This document shows positions 40,201 through 55,000 of a stretch of 64,000 nucleotides of DNA, piece by piece. The position numbers and the translations under genes are program-made. The notes beneath the pieces are model-generated. The model was not told where the DNA came from. It worked only from the letters and a program-made list of their open reading frames with translations, and did not search any database. Positions within the stretch are counted from its first letter, which is position 1. Each line of letters opens with the position of its first letter. The DNA lies in assembly GCA_964247055.1 (NCBI GenBank), contig OZ176052.1:13020001-13084000 (forward strand), read 5' to 3'. Source of the DNA: Paragordius varius. Lineage: Eukaryota; Animalia; Nematomorpha.

Positions 40201-43200
40201 ATCAAAATATAGAAATAGTTTGACAAACTCTTTCATATCCGATTTTTACAACGATACTTTAATAATTAATGTATAAAACTAGTCGTATCAATAAATCGCA
40301 TCAATACTCAAGTTAAACTTTGTCCTTAAAAATCGGATATTGGTCACCGGTGAACAAAATTATTTTTTATACATTCTCTTAGTAGGACTACATCAAAATA
40401 TAGAGATAGTTTGACAAACTCTTTCATATCCGATTTTTACAACGATACTTTAAAAATTAATGTATTAAACTAGTCGCATCAATACTCAAGTTAAACTTTG
40501 TCCTTGAAAATCGGATATTGGTCACCGGTGAACAAAATTATTTTTTATACATTCTCTTAGCAAGACTACATCAAAATATAGAGATAGTTTGGCAAACTCT
40601 TTCATCCGATTTTTACAACGATACTTTAAAAATTAATGTATTAAACTAGTCGCATCAATACTCAAGTTAAACTTTGTCCTTGAAAATCGGATATTGGTCA
40701 CCGGTGAACAAAATTATTTTTTATACATTCTCTTAGCAAGACTACATCAAAATATAGAGATAGTTTGGCAAACTCTTTCATCCGATTTTTACAACGATAC
40801 TTTAAAAATTAATGTATAAAACTAGTCGCATCAATATTCAAGTTAAACTTTGTCCTTAAAAATCGGATATTGGTCACCGGTGAACAAAACTATTTTTTAT
40901 ACATACTCTTAGCAAGACTACATCAAAATATAGAGATAATTTGACAAACTCTTTCATATCCGATTTTTACAACGATACTTTAAAAATTAATGTATAAAAC
41001 TAGGCGTATCAATAAATCGCATCAATACTCAAGTTAAACTTTGTCCTTAAAAATCGGATATTGGTCATTGGTGAACAAAATTAATTTTTATACATTCTCT
41101 TAGTAGGACTACATCAAAATATATAGATAGTTTGGCAAACTGTTTCATATCCGATTTTTACAACGATACTTTAAAAATTAATGTATTAAACTAGTCGCAT
41201 CAATACTCAAGTTAAACTTTGTCCTTGAAAATCGGATATTGGTCACCGGTGAACAAAATTATTTTTTATACATTCTCTTAGCAAGACTACATCAAAATAT
41301 AGAGATAGTTTGGCAAACTCTTTCATCCGATTTTTACAACGATACTTTAAAATATAATGTATAAAACTAGTCGCATCAATATTCAAGTTAAACTTTGTCC
41401 TTAAAAATCGGATATTGGTCACCGGTGAACAAAACTATTTTTTATACATACTCTTAGCAAGACTACATCAAAATATAGAGATAATTTGACAAACTCTTTC
41501 ATATCCGATTTTTACAACGATACTTTAAAAATTAATGTATAAAACTAGGCGTATCAATAAATCGCATCAATACTCAAGTTAAACTTTGTCCTTAAAAATC
41601 GGATATTGGTCATTGGTGAACAAAATTAATTTTTATACATTCTCTTAGTAGGACTACATCAAAATATATAGATAGTTTGGCAAACTGTTTCATATCCGAT
41701 TTTTACAACGATACTTTAAAAATTAATGTAAAAAACTAGTCGCATCAATACTCAAGTTAAACTTTGTCCTTAAAAATCGAATATTGGTCACCGGTGAACA
41801 AAATTATTTTTTATACATTCTCTTAGTAAGACTACATCAAAATATAGAAATAGTTTGACAAACTCTTTCATATCCGATTTTTACAACGATACTTTAAAAA
41901 TTAATGTATTAAACTAGTCGCATCAATACTCAAGTTAAACTTTGTCCTTAAAAATCGGATATTGGTCACCGGTGAACAAAACTATTTTTTATACATACTC
42001 TTAGCAAGACTACATCAAAATATAGAGATAATTTGACAAACTCTTTCATATCCGATTTTTACAACGATACTTTAAAAATTAATGTATAAAACTAGGCGTA
42101 TCAATAAATCGCATCAATACTCAAGTTAAACTTTGTCCTTAAAAATCGGATATTGGTCATTGGTGAACAAAATTAATTTTTATACATTCTCTTAGTAGGA
42201 CTACATCAAAATATATAGATAGTTTGGCAAACTGTTTCATATCCGATTTTTACAACGATACTTTAAAAATTAATGTAAAAAACTAGTCGCATCAATACTC
42301 AAGTTAAACTTTGTCCTTAAAAATCGAATATTGGTCACCGGTGAACAAAATTATTTTTTATACATTCTCTTAGTAAGACTACATCAAAATATAGAAATAG
42401 TTTGACAAACTCTTTCATATCCGATTTTTACAACGATACTTTAAAAATTAATGTATTAAACTAGTCGCATCAATACTCAAGTTAAACATTGTCCTTGAAA
42501 ATCGGATATTGGTCACCGGTAAACAAAAAATTTTTTTTATACATTCTCTTAGCAAGACTACATCAAAATATAGAAATAGTTTGACAAACTCTTTCATATC
42601 CGATTTTTACAACGATACTTTAAAAATTAATGTATAAAAGTAGTCGCATCAATACTCAAGTCAAATTATGTCCTTAAAAATCGGATATTGGTCACCGGTG
42701 AACAAAATTATTTTTTATACATTCTCTTAGCAAGACTACACTAAAATATAGAGATAGTTTGGCAAACTCTTTCATCCGATTTTTACAACGATACTTTAAA
42801 AATTAATGTATAAAACTAGTCGCATCAATACTCAAGTTAAACTTTGTCCTTAAAAATCGAATATTGGTCACCGGTGAACAAAATTATTTTTTATACATTC
42901 TCTTAGTAGGACTACATCAAAATATAGAGATAGTTTGGCAAACTCTTTCATATCCGATTTTTACAACGATACTTTAAAAATTATGGTATTAAACCAGTCG
43001 CATCAATACTCAAGTTAAACTTTGTCCTTAAAAATCGGATATTGGTCACCGGTGAACAAAACTATTTTTTATACATACTCTTAGCAAGACTACATCAAAA
43101 TATAGAGATAGTTTGACAAACTCTTTCATATCCGATTTTTACAACGATACTTTAAAAATTAATGTATAAAACTGGTCGTATCAATAAATCGCATCAATAC

Positions 43201-46200
43201 TCAAGTTAAACTTTGTCCTTAAAAATCGAATATTGGTCACCGGTGAACAAAATTATTTTTTATACATTCTCTTAGTAAGACTACATCAAAATATAGAGAT
43301 AGTTTGACAAACTCTATATCCGATTATTACAAGGATACATTAAAAATTAGTGTATAAAACTAGTCGCATCAATACTCAAGTTAAATTTTGTCCTTAAAAA
43401 TGGGATATTGATCACCGGTGAACAAAACTATTTTTTATACATTCTCTTAGTAAGTCTACATCAAAATATAGAAATAGTTTGACAAACTCTTTCATATCCG
43501 ATTTTTACAACGATACTTTAATAATTAATGTATAAAACTAGTCGTATCAATAAATCGCATCAATACTCAAGTTAAACTTTGTCCTTAAAAATCGGATATT
43601 GGTCACCGGTGAACAAAATTATTTTTTATACATTCTCTTAGTAGGACTACATCAAAATATAGAGATAGTTTGACAAACTCTTTCATATCCGATTTTTACA
43701 ACGATACTTTAAAAATTAATGTATTAAACTAGTCGCATCAATACTCAAGTTAAACTTTGTCCTTGAAAATCGGATATTGGTCACCGGTGAACAAAATTAT
43801 TTTTTATACATTCTCTTAGCAAGACTACATCAAAATATAGAGATAGTTTGGCAAACTCTTTCATCCGATTTTTACAACGATACTTTAAAAATTAATGTAT
43901 AAAACTAGTCGCATCAATATTCAAGTTAAACTTTGTCCTTAAAAATCGGATATTGGTCACCGGTGAACAAAACTATTTTTTATACATACTCTTAGCAAGA
44001 CTACATCAAAATATAGAGATAGTTTGGCAAACTCTTTCATATCCGATTTTTACAACGATACTTTAAAAATTAATGTATAAAAGTAGTCGCATCAATACTC
44101 AAGTCAAATTATGTCCTTAAAAATCGGATATTGGTCACCGGTGAACAAAATTATTTTTTATACATTCTCTTAGCAAGACTACACTAAAATATAGAGATAG
44201 TTTGGCAAACTCTTTCATCCGATTTTTACAACGATACTTTAAAAATTAATGTATAAAACTAGTCGCATCAATACTCAAGTTAAACTTTGTCCTTAAAAAT
44301 CGAATATTGGTCACCGGTGAACAAAATTATTTTTTATACATTCTCTTAGTAAGACTACATCAAAATATAGAAATAGTTTGACAAACTCTTTCATATCCGA
44401 TTTTTACAACGATACTTTAAAAATTAATGTATTAAACTAGTCGCATCAATACTCAAGTTAAACATTGTCCTTGAAAATCGGATATTGGTCACCGGTAAAC
44501 AAAAAATTTTTTTTATACATTCTCTTAGCAAGACTACATCAAAATATAGAAATAGTTTGACAAACTCTTTCATATCCGATTTTTACAACGATACTTTAAA
44601 AATTAATGTATAAAAGTAGTCGCATCAATACTCAAGTCAAATTATGTCCTTAAAAATCGGATATTGGTCACCGGTGAACAAAATTATTTTTTATACATTC
44701 TCTTAGCAAGACTACACTAAAATATAGAGATAGTTTGGCAAACTCTTTCATCCGATTTTTACAACGATACTTTAAAAATTAATGTATAAAACTAGTCGCA
44801 TCAATACTCAAGTTAAACTTTGTCCTTAAAAATCGAATATTGGTCACCGGTGAACAAAATTATTTTTTATACATTCTCTTAGTAGGACTACATCAAAATA
44901 TAGAGATAGTTTGGCAAACTCTTTCATATCCGATTTTTACAACGATACTTTAAAAATTATGGTATTAAACCAGTCGCATCAATACTCAAGTTAAACTTTG
45001 TCCTTAAAAATCGGATATTGGTCACCGGTGAACAAAACTATTTTTTATACATACTCTTAGCAAGACTACATCAAAATATAGAGATAGTTTGACAAACTCT
45101 TTCATATCCGATTTTTACAACGATACTTTAAAAATTAATGTATAAAACTGGTCGTATCAATAAATCGCATCAATACTCAAGTTAAACTTTGTCCTTAAAA
45201 ATCGAATATTGGTCACCGGTGAACAAAATTATTTTTTATACATTCTCTTAGTAAGACTACATCAAAATATAGAGATAGTTTGACAAACTCTATATCCGAT
45301 TATTACAAGGATACATTAAAAATTAGTGTATAAAACTAGTCGCATCAATACTCAAGTTAAATTTTGTCCTTAAAAATGGGATATTGATCACCGGTGAACA
45401 AAACTATTTTTTATACATTCTCTTAGTAAGTCTACATCAAAATATAGAAATAGTTTGACAAACTCTTTCATATCCGATTTTTACAACGATACTTTAATAA
45501 TTAATGTATAAAACTAGTCGTATCAATAAATCGCATCAATACTCAAGTTAAACTTTGTCCTTAAAAATCGGATATTGGTCACCGGTGAACAAAATTATTT
45601 TTTATACATTCTCTTAGTAGGACTACATCAAAATATAGAGATAGTTTGACAAACTCTTTCATATCCGATTTTTACAACGATACTTTAAAAATTAATGTAT
45701 TAAACTAGTCGCATCAATACTCAAGTTAAACTTTGTCCTTGAAAATCGGATATTGGTCACCGGTGAACAAAATTATTTTTTATACATTCTCTTAGCAAGA
45801 CTACATCAAAATATAGAGATAGTTTGGCAAACTCTTTCATCCGATTTTTACAACGATACTTTAAAAATTAATGTATAAAACTAGTCGCATCAATATTCAA
45901 GTTAAACTTTGTCCTTAAAAATCGGATATTGGTCACCGGTGAACAAAACTATTTTTTATACATACTCTTAGCAAGACTACATCAAAATATAGAGATAGTT
46001 TGGCAAACTCTTTCATATCCGATTTTTACAACGATACTTTAAAAATTATGGTATTAAACCAGTCGCATCAATACTCAAGTTAAACTTTGTCCTTAAAAAT
46101 CGGATATTGGTCACCGGTGAACAAAACTATTTTTTATACATACTCTTAGCAAGACTACATCAAAATATAGAGATAGTTTGACAAACTCTTTCATATCCGA

Positions 46201-49000
46201 TTTTTACAACGATACTTTAAAAATTAATGTATAAAACTGGTCGTATCAATAAATCGCATCAATACTCAAGTTAAACTTTGTCCTTAAAAATCGAATATTG
46301 GTCACCGGTGAACAAAATTATTTTTTATACATTCTCTTAGTAAGACTACATCAAAATATAGAGATAGTTTGACAAACTCTATATCCGATTATTACAAGGA
46401 TACATTAAAAATTAGTGTATAAAACTAGTCGCATCAATACTCAAGTTAAATTTTGTCCTTAAAAATGGGATATTGATCACCGGTGAACAAAACTATTTTT
46501 TATACATTCTCTTAGTAAGTCTACATCAAAATATAGAAATAGTTTGACAAACTCTTTCATATCCGATTTTTACAACGATACTTTAATAATTAATGTATAA
46601 AACTAGTCGTATCAATAAATCGCATCAATACTCAAGTTAAACTTTGTCCTTAAAAATCGGATATTGGTCACCGGTGAACAAAATTATTTTTTATACATTC
46701 TCTTAGTAGGACTACATCAAAATATAGAGATAGTTTGACAAACTCTTTCATATCCGATTTTTACAACGATACTTTAAAAATTAATGTATTAAACTAGTCG
46801 CATCAATACTCAAGTTAAACTTTGTCCTTGAAAATCGGATATTGGTCACCGGTGAACAAAATTATTTTTTATACATTCTCTTAGCAAGACTACATCAAAA
46901 TATAGAGATAGTTTGGCAAACTCTTTCATCCGATTTTTACAACGATACTTTAAAAATTAATGTATAAAACTAGTCGCATCAATATTCAAGTTAAACTTTG
47001 TCCTTAAAAATCGGATATTGGTCACCGGTGAACAAAACTATTTTTTATACATACTCTTAGCAAGACTACATCAAAATATAGAGATAATTTGACAAACTCT
47101 TTCATATCCGATTTTTACAACGATACTTTAAAAATTAATGTATAAAACTAGGCGTATCAATAAATCGCATCAATACTCAAGTTAAACTTTGTCCTTAAAA
47201 ATCGGATATTGGTCATCGGTGAACAAAATTAATTTTTATACATTCTCTTAGTAGGACTACATCAAAATATATAGATAGTTTGGCAAACTGTTTCATATCC
47301 GATTTTTACAACGATACTTTAAAAATTAATGTAAAAAACTAGTCGCATCAATACTCAAGTTAAACTTTGTCCTTAAAAATCGAATATTGGTCACCGGTGA
47401 ACAAAATTATTTTTTATACATTCTCTTAGTAAGACTACATCAAAATATAGAAATAGTTTGACAAACTCTTTCATATCCGATTTTTACAACGATACTTTAA
47501 AAATTAATGTATTAAACTAGTCGCATCAATACTCAAGTTAAACTTTGTCCTTGAAAATCGGATATTGGTCACCGGTAAACAAAAAATTTTTTTTATACAT
47601 TCTCTTAGCAAGACTACATCAAAATATAGAAATAGTTTGACAAACTCTTTCATATCCGATTTTTACAACGATACTTTAAAAATTAATGTATTAAAATAGT
47701 CGCATCAATACTCAAGTTAAACTTTGTCCTTAAAAATCGGATATTGGTCACCGGTGAACAAAATTATTTTTTATACATTCTCTTAGCAAGACTACATCAA
47801 AATATAGAGATAGTTTGACAAACTCTTTCATATCCGATTTTTACAACGATACTTTAAAAATTAATGTATAAAACTGGTCGTATCAATAAATCGCATCAAT
47901 ACTCAAGTTAAACTTTGTCCTTAAAAATCGAATATTGGTCACCGGTGAACAAAATTATTTTTTATACATTCTCTTAGTAAGACTACATCAAAATATAGAG
48001 ATAGTTTGACAAACTCTATATCCGATTATTACAAGGATACTTTAAAAATTAGTGTATAAAACTAGTCGCATCAATACTCAAGTTAAATTTTGTCCTTAAA
48101 AATGGGATATTGATCACCGGTGAACAAAACTATTTTTTATACATTCTCTTAGTAAGTCTACATCAAAATATAGAAATAGTTTGACAAACTCTTTCATATC
48201 CGATTTTTACAACGATACTTTAAAAATTAATGTATAAAACTAGTCGTATCAATAAATCGCATCAATACTCAAGTTAAACTTTGTCCTTAAAAATCGGATA
48301 TTGGTCACCGGTGAACAAAATTATTTTTTATACATTCTCTTAGTAGGACTACATCAAAATATAGAGATAGTTTGACAAACTCTTTCATATCCGATTTTTA
48401 CAACGATACTTTAAAAATTAATGTATTAAACTAGTCGCATCAATACTCAAGTTAAACTTTGTCCTTGAAAATCGGATATTGGTCACCGGTGAACAAAATT
48501 ATTTTTTATACATTCTCTTAGCAAGACTACATCAAAATATAGAGATAGTTTGGCAAACTCTTTCATCCGATTTTTACAACGATACTTTAAAAATTAATGT
48601 ATAAAACTAGTCGCATCAATATTCAAGTTAAACTTTGTCCTTAAAAATCGGATATTGGTCACCGGTGAACAAAACTATTTTTTATACATACTCTTAGCAA
48701 GACTACATAAAAATATAGAGATAATTTGACAAACTCTTTCATATCCGATTTTTACAACGATACTTTAAAAATTAATGTATAAAACTAGGCGTATCAATAA
48801 ATCGCATCAATACTCAAGTTAAACTTTGTCCTTAAAAATCGGATATTGGTCATTGGTGAACAAAATTAATTTTTATACATTCTCTTAGTAGGACTACATC
48901 AAAATATATAGATAGTTTGGCAAACTGTTTCATATCCGATTTTTACAACGATACTTTAAAAATTAATGTAAAAAACTAGTCGCATCAATACTCAAGTTAA
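37270..49000 (+). repeat. Variable-length higher-order repeat domain built on a ~6-monomer core cassette present six times
   Basis: GATTATTACAAGGA at 37527, 40063, 43322, 45298, 46387 and 48024 (intervals 2536, 3259, 1976, 1089, 1637, about 14, 18, 11, 6 and 9 monomers). Each has ACTGGTCG+13 before it and AAGTCT, CCTTGA and TTCATCCG/ATATTC after it. Confidence 0.9.
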
Positions 49001-52000
49001 ACTTTGTCCTTAAAAATCGAATATTGGTCACCGGTGAACAAAATTATTTTTTATACATTCTCTTAGTAAGACTACATCAAAATATAGAAATAGTTTGACA
49101 AACTCTTTCATATCCGATTTTTACAACGATACTTTAAAAATTATGGTATTAAACCAGTCGCATCAATACTCAAGTTAAACTTTGTCCTTAAAAATCGAAT
49201 ATTGGTCACCGGTGAACAAAATTTTTTTTTATACATTCTCTTAGTAATACTACATCAAAATATAGAAATAGTTTGACAAACTCTTTCATATCCGATTTTT
49301 ACAACGATACTTTAAAAATTAATGTATTAAACTAGTCGCATCAATACTCTAGTTAAACTTTGTCCTTAAAAATCGGATATTGGTCGCCGGTGAACAAAAT
49401 TATTTTTTATACATTCTCTTATTAGGACTACATAAATATAGAGATAGTTTGGCAAACTCTTTCATATCCGATTTTTACAACGATACTTTAAAAATTAATG
49501 TATTAAACTAGTCGCATCAATACTCTAGTTAAACTTTGTCCTTAAAAATCGGATATTGGTCGCCGGTGAACAAAATTATTTTTTATACATTCTCTTAGTA
49601 AGACTACATAAAATATAGAGATAGTTTGACAAACTCTTTCATATCCGATTTTTACAACGATACTTTAAAAATTAATGTATTAAACTAGTCGCATCAATAC
49701 TCAAGTTAAACTTTGTCCTTAAAAATCGGATATTGGTCACCGGTGAACAAAATAATTTTTTATACATTCTCTTAGTAAGACTACATCAAAATATAGAAAT
49801 AGTTTGACAAACTCTTTCATATCCGATTTTTAAAACGATACTTTAAAAATTAATGTATTAAACTAGTCGCATCAATACTCAAGTTAAACTTTGTCCTTAA
49901 AAATCGGATATTGGTCACCGGTGAACAAAATAATTTTTTATACATTCTCTTAGTAAGACTACATCAAAATATAGAAATAGTTTGACAAACTCTTTCATAT
50001 CCGATTTTTAAAACGATACTTTAAAAATTAATGTATTAAACTAGTCGCATCAATACTCAAGTTAAACTTTGTCCTTAAAAATCGGATATTGGTCACCGGT
50101 GAACAAAATAATTTTTTATACATTCTCTTAGTAACACTACATCAAAATATAGAAATAGTTTGACAAACTCTTTCATATCCGATTTTTACAACGATACTTT
50201 AAAAATTAATGTATTAAACTAGTCGCATCAATACTCTAGTTAAACTTTGTCCTTAAAAATCGGATATTGGTCGCCGGTGAACAAAATTATTTTTTATACA
50301 TTCTCTTAATAGGACTACATAAATATAGAGATAGTTTGGCAAACTGTTTCATATCCGATTTTTACAACGATACTTTAAAAATTAATGTATAAAACTAGGC
50401 GTATCAATAAATCGCATCAATACTCAAGTTAAACTTTGTCCTTAAAAATCGGATATTGGTCACCGGTGAACAAAATTAATTTTTATACATTCTCTTAGTA
50501 GGACTACATCAAAATATAGAGATAGTTTGGCAAACTGTTTCATATCCGATTTTTACAACGATACTTTAAAAATTAATGTATAAAACTAGTCGCATCAATA
50601 CTCAAGTTAAACTTTGTCCTTAAAAATCGGATATTGGTCACCGGTGAATAAAATTATTTTTCATACATTCTCTTAGTAAGACTACATCAAAATATAGAAA
50701 TAGTTTGACAAACTCTTTCATATCCGATTTTTAAAACGATACTTTAAAAATTAATGTATTAAACTAGTCGCATCAATACTCAAGTTAAACTTTGTCCTTA
50801 AAAATCGGATATTGGTCACCGGTAAACAAAATAATTTTTTATACATTCTCTTAGTAAGACTACATCAAAATATAGAAATAGTTTGACAAACTCTTTCATA
50901 TCCGATTTTTACAACGATACTTTAAAAATTAATGTATTAAACTAGTCGCATCAATACTCAAGTTAAACTTTGTCCTTAAAAATCGGATATTGGTCACCGG
51001 TGAACAAAACTATTTTTTATACATACTCTTAGCAAGACTACATCAAAATATAGAGATAATTTGACAAACTCTTTCATATCCGATTTTTACAACGATACTT
51101 TAAAAATTATGGTATTAAACCAGTCGCATCAATACTCAAGTTAAACTTTGTCCTTAAAAATCGGATATTGGTCACCGGTGAACAAAACTATTTTTTATAC
51201 ATACTCTTAGCAAGACTACATCAAAATATAGAGATAATTTGACAAACTCTTTCATATCCGATTTTTACAACGATACTTTAAAAATTAATGTATAAAACTA
51301 GGCGTATCAATAAATCGCATCAATACTCAAGTTAAACTTTGTCCTTAAAAATCGGATATTGGTCACCGGTGAACAAAATTAATTTTTATACATTCTCTTA
51401 GTAGGACTACATCAAAATATATAGATAGTTTGGCAAACTGTTTCATATCCGATTTTTACAACGATACTTTAAAAATTAATGTAAAAAACTAGTCGCATCA
51501 ATACTCAAGTTAAACTTTGTCCTTAAAAATCGGATATTGGTCACCGGTGAACAAAATTAATTTTTATACATTCTCTTAGTAGGACTACATCAAAATATAG
51601 AGATAGTTTGGCAAACTGTTTCATATCCGATTTTTACAACGATACTTTAAAAATTAATGTATAAAACTAGTCGCATCAATACTCAAGTTAAACTTTGTCC
51701 TTAAAAATCGAATATTGGTCACCGGTGAACAAAATTTATTTTTATACATTCTCATAGTAAGACTACATCAAAATATAGAAATAGTTTGACAAACTCTTTC
51801 ATATCCGATTTTTACAACGATACTTTAAAAATTATGGTATTAAACTAGTCGCATCAATACTCAAGTTAAAATTTGTCCTTAAAAATCGAATATTGGTCAC
51901 CGGTGAACAAAATTATTTTTTATACATTCTCTTAGTAAGACTACATCAAAATATAGAAATAGTTTGACAAACTCTTTCATATCCGATTTTTAAAACGATA

Positions 52001-55000
52001 CTTTAAAAATTAATGTATTAAACTAGTCGCATCAATACTCAAGTTAAACTTTGTCCTTAAAAATCGGATATTGGTCACCGGTGAACAAAATAATTTTTTA
52101 TACATTCTCTTAGTAAGACTACATCAAAATATAGAAATAGTTTGACAAACTCTTTCATATCCGATTTTTACAACGATACTTTAAAAATTAATGTATTAAA
52201 CTAGTCGCATCAATACTCAAGTTAAACTTTGTCCTTAAAAATCGGATATTGGTCACCGGTGAATAAAATTATTTTTTATACATTCTCTTAGTAGGACTAC
52301 ATCAAAATATAGAGATAGTTTGGCAAACTGTTTCATATCCGATTTTTACAACGATATTTTAAAAATTAATGTATAAAACTAGTCACATCAATACTCAAGT
52401 TAAATTTTGTCCTTAAAAATGGGATATTGGTCACTGGAGAACAAAACTATTTTTTATACATTCTCTTAGTAAGACTACATCAAAATATAGAGATAGTTGG
52501 ACAAACTCTTTCATATCCGATTTTTACAACGATACTTTAAAAATTAATGTATTAAACTAGTCGCATTACTCAAGTTAAACTTTGTCCTTAAAAATCGAAT
52601 ATTGGTCACCGGTGAACAAAATTATTTTTTATACATTCTCTTAGTAAGACTACATCAAAATATAGAAATAGTTTGACAAACTCTTTCATATCCGATTTTT
52701 AAAACGATACTTTAAAAATTAATGTATTAAACTAGTCGCATCAATACTCAAGTTAAACTTTGTCCTTAAAAATGATATTGGTCACCGGTGAACAAAATAA
52801 TTTTTTATACATTCTAGTAAGACTACATCAAAATATAGAGATAGTTTGACAAACTGTTTCATATCCGATTTTTACAACGATACTTTAAAAATTAATGTAT
52901 AAAACTAGTCGCATCAATACTCAAGTTAAATTTTGTCCTTAAAAATGGGATATTGGTCACCGGTGAACAAAACTATTTTTTATACATTCTCTTAGTAAGA
53001 CTACATCAAAATATAGAGATAGTTTGACAAACTCTTTCATATCCGATTTTTACAACGATACTTTAAAAATTAATGTATTAAACTAGTCTCATTACTCAAG
53101 TTAAACTTTGTCATTAAAAATCGGATATTGGTCACCGGTGAAAAAAATTATTTTTTATACATTCTCTTAGTAAGACTACATCCAAATATAGAGATAGTTT
53201 TACAAACTCTTTCATATCCGATTTTTACAACGATACTTTAAAAATTAATGTGTTAAACTAGTCGCATCAATACTCAAGTTAAACTTTGTCCTTAAAAATC
53301 GGATAATGGTCACCGGTGAACAAAATTATTTTTTATACATTCTCTTAGTAAGACTACATCAAAATATAGAGATAGTTTGACAAACTCTTTCATATCCGAT
53401 TTATACAACGATACTTTAAAAATTAATGTATAAAACTAGTCGTATCAATAAATCGCATCAATACTAAAGTTAAACTTTGTCCTTAAAAATCGGATATTGG
53501 TCACGGGTGAACAAAATTATTTTTTATACATTCTCTTAGTAGGACTACATCAAAATATAGAGATAGTTTGACAAACTCTTTCATATCCGATTTTTACAAC
53601 GATACTTTAAAAATTATGGTATTAAACCAGTCGCATCAATACTCAAGTTAAACTTTGTCCTTAAAAATCGGATATTGGTCACCGGTGAACAAAACTATTT
53701 TTTATACATACTCTTAGCAAGACTACATCAAAATATAGAGATAATTTGACAAACTCTTTCATATCCGATTTTTACAACGATACTTTAAAAATTAATGTAT
53801 AAAACTAGGCGTATCAATAAATCGCATCAATACTCAAGTTAAACTTTGTCCTTAAAAATCGGATATTGGTCACCGGTGAACAAAATTAATTTTTATACAT
53901 TCTCTTAGTAGGACTACATCAAAATATATAGATAGTTTGGCAAACTGTTTCATATCCGATTTTTACAACGATACTTTAAAAATTAATGTAAAAAACTAGT
54001 CGCATCAATACTCAAGTTAAACTTTGTCCTTAAAAATCGGATATTGGTCACCGGTGAACAAAATTAATTTTTATACATTCTCTTAGTAGGACTACATCAA
54101 AATATAGAGATAGTTTGGCAAACTGTTTCATATCCGTTTTTACAACGATACTTTAAAAATTAATGTATAAAACTAGTCGCATCAATACTCAAGTTAAACT
54201 TAGTCCTTAAAAATCGAATATTGGTCACCGGTGAACAAAATTTATTTTTATACATTCTCTTAGTAAGACTACATCAAAATATAGAAATAGTTTGACAAAC
54301 TCTTTCATATCCGATTTTTACAACGATACTTTAAAAATTATGGTATTAAACCAGTCGCATCAATACTCAAGTTAAACTTTGTCCTTAAAAATCGGATATT
54401 GGTCACCGGTGAACAAAACTATTTTTTATACATACTCTTAGCAAGACTACATGAAAATATAGAGATAATTTGACAAACTCTTTCATATCCGATTTTTAAA
54501 ACGATACTTTGAAAATTAATGTATAAAACTAGTCGTATCAATAAATCGCATCAATACTCAAGTTAAACTTTGTCCTTAAAAATCGGATATTGGTCACGGG
54601 TGAACAAAATTATTTTTTATACATTCTCTTAGTAGGACTACATCAAAATATATAGATAGTTTGGCAAACTGTTTCATATCCGATTTTTACAACGATACTT
54701 TAAAAATTAATGTAAAAAACTAGTCGCATCAATACTCAAGTTAAACTTAGTCCTTAAAAATCGAATATTGGTCACCGGTGAACAAAACTATTTTTTATAC
54801 ATACTCTTAGCAAGACTACATGAAAATATAGAGATAATTTGACAAACTCTTTCATATCCGATTTTTAAAACGATACTTTGAAAATTAATGTATAAAACTA
54901 GTCGTATCAATAAATCGCATCAATACTCAAGTTAAACTTTGTCCTTAAAAATCGGATATTGGTCACGGGTGAACAAAATTATTTTTTATACATTCTCTTA

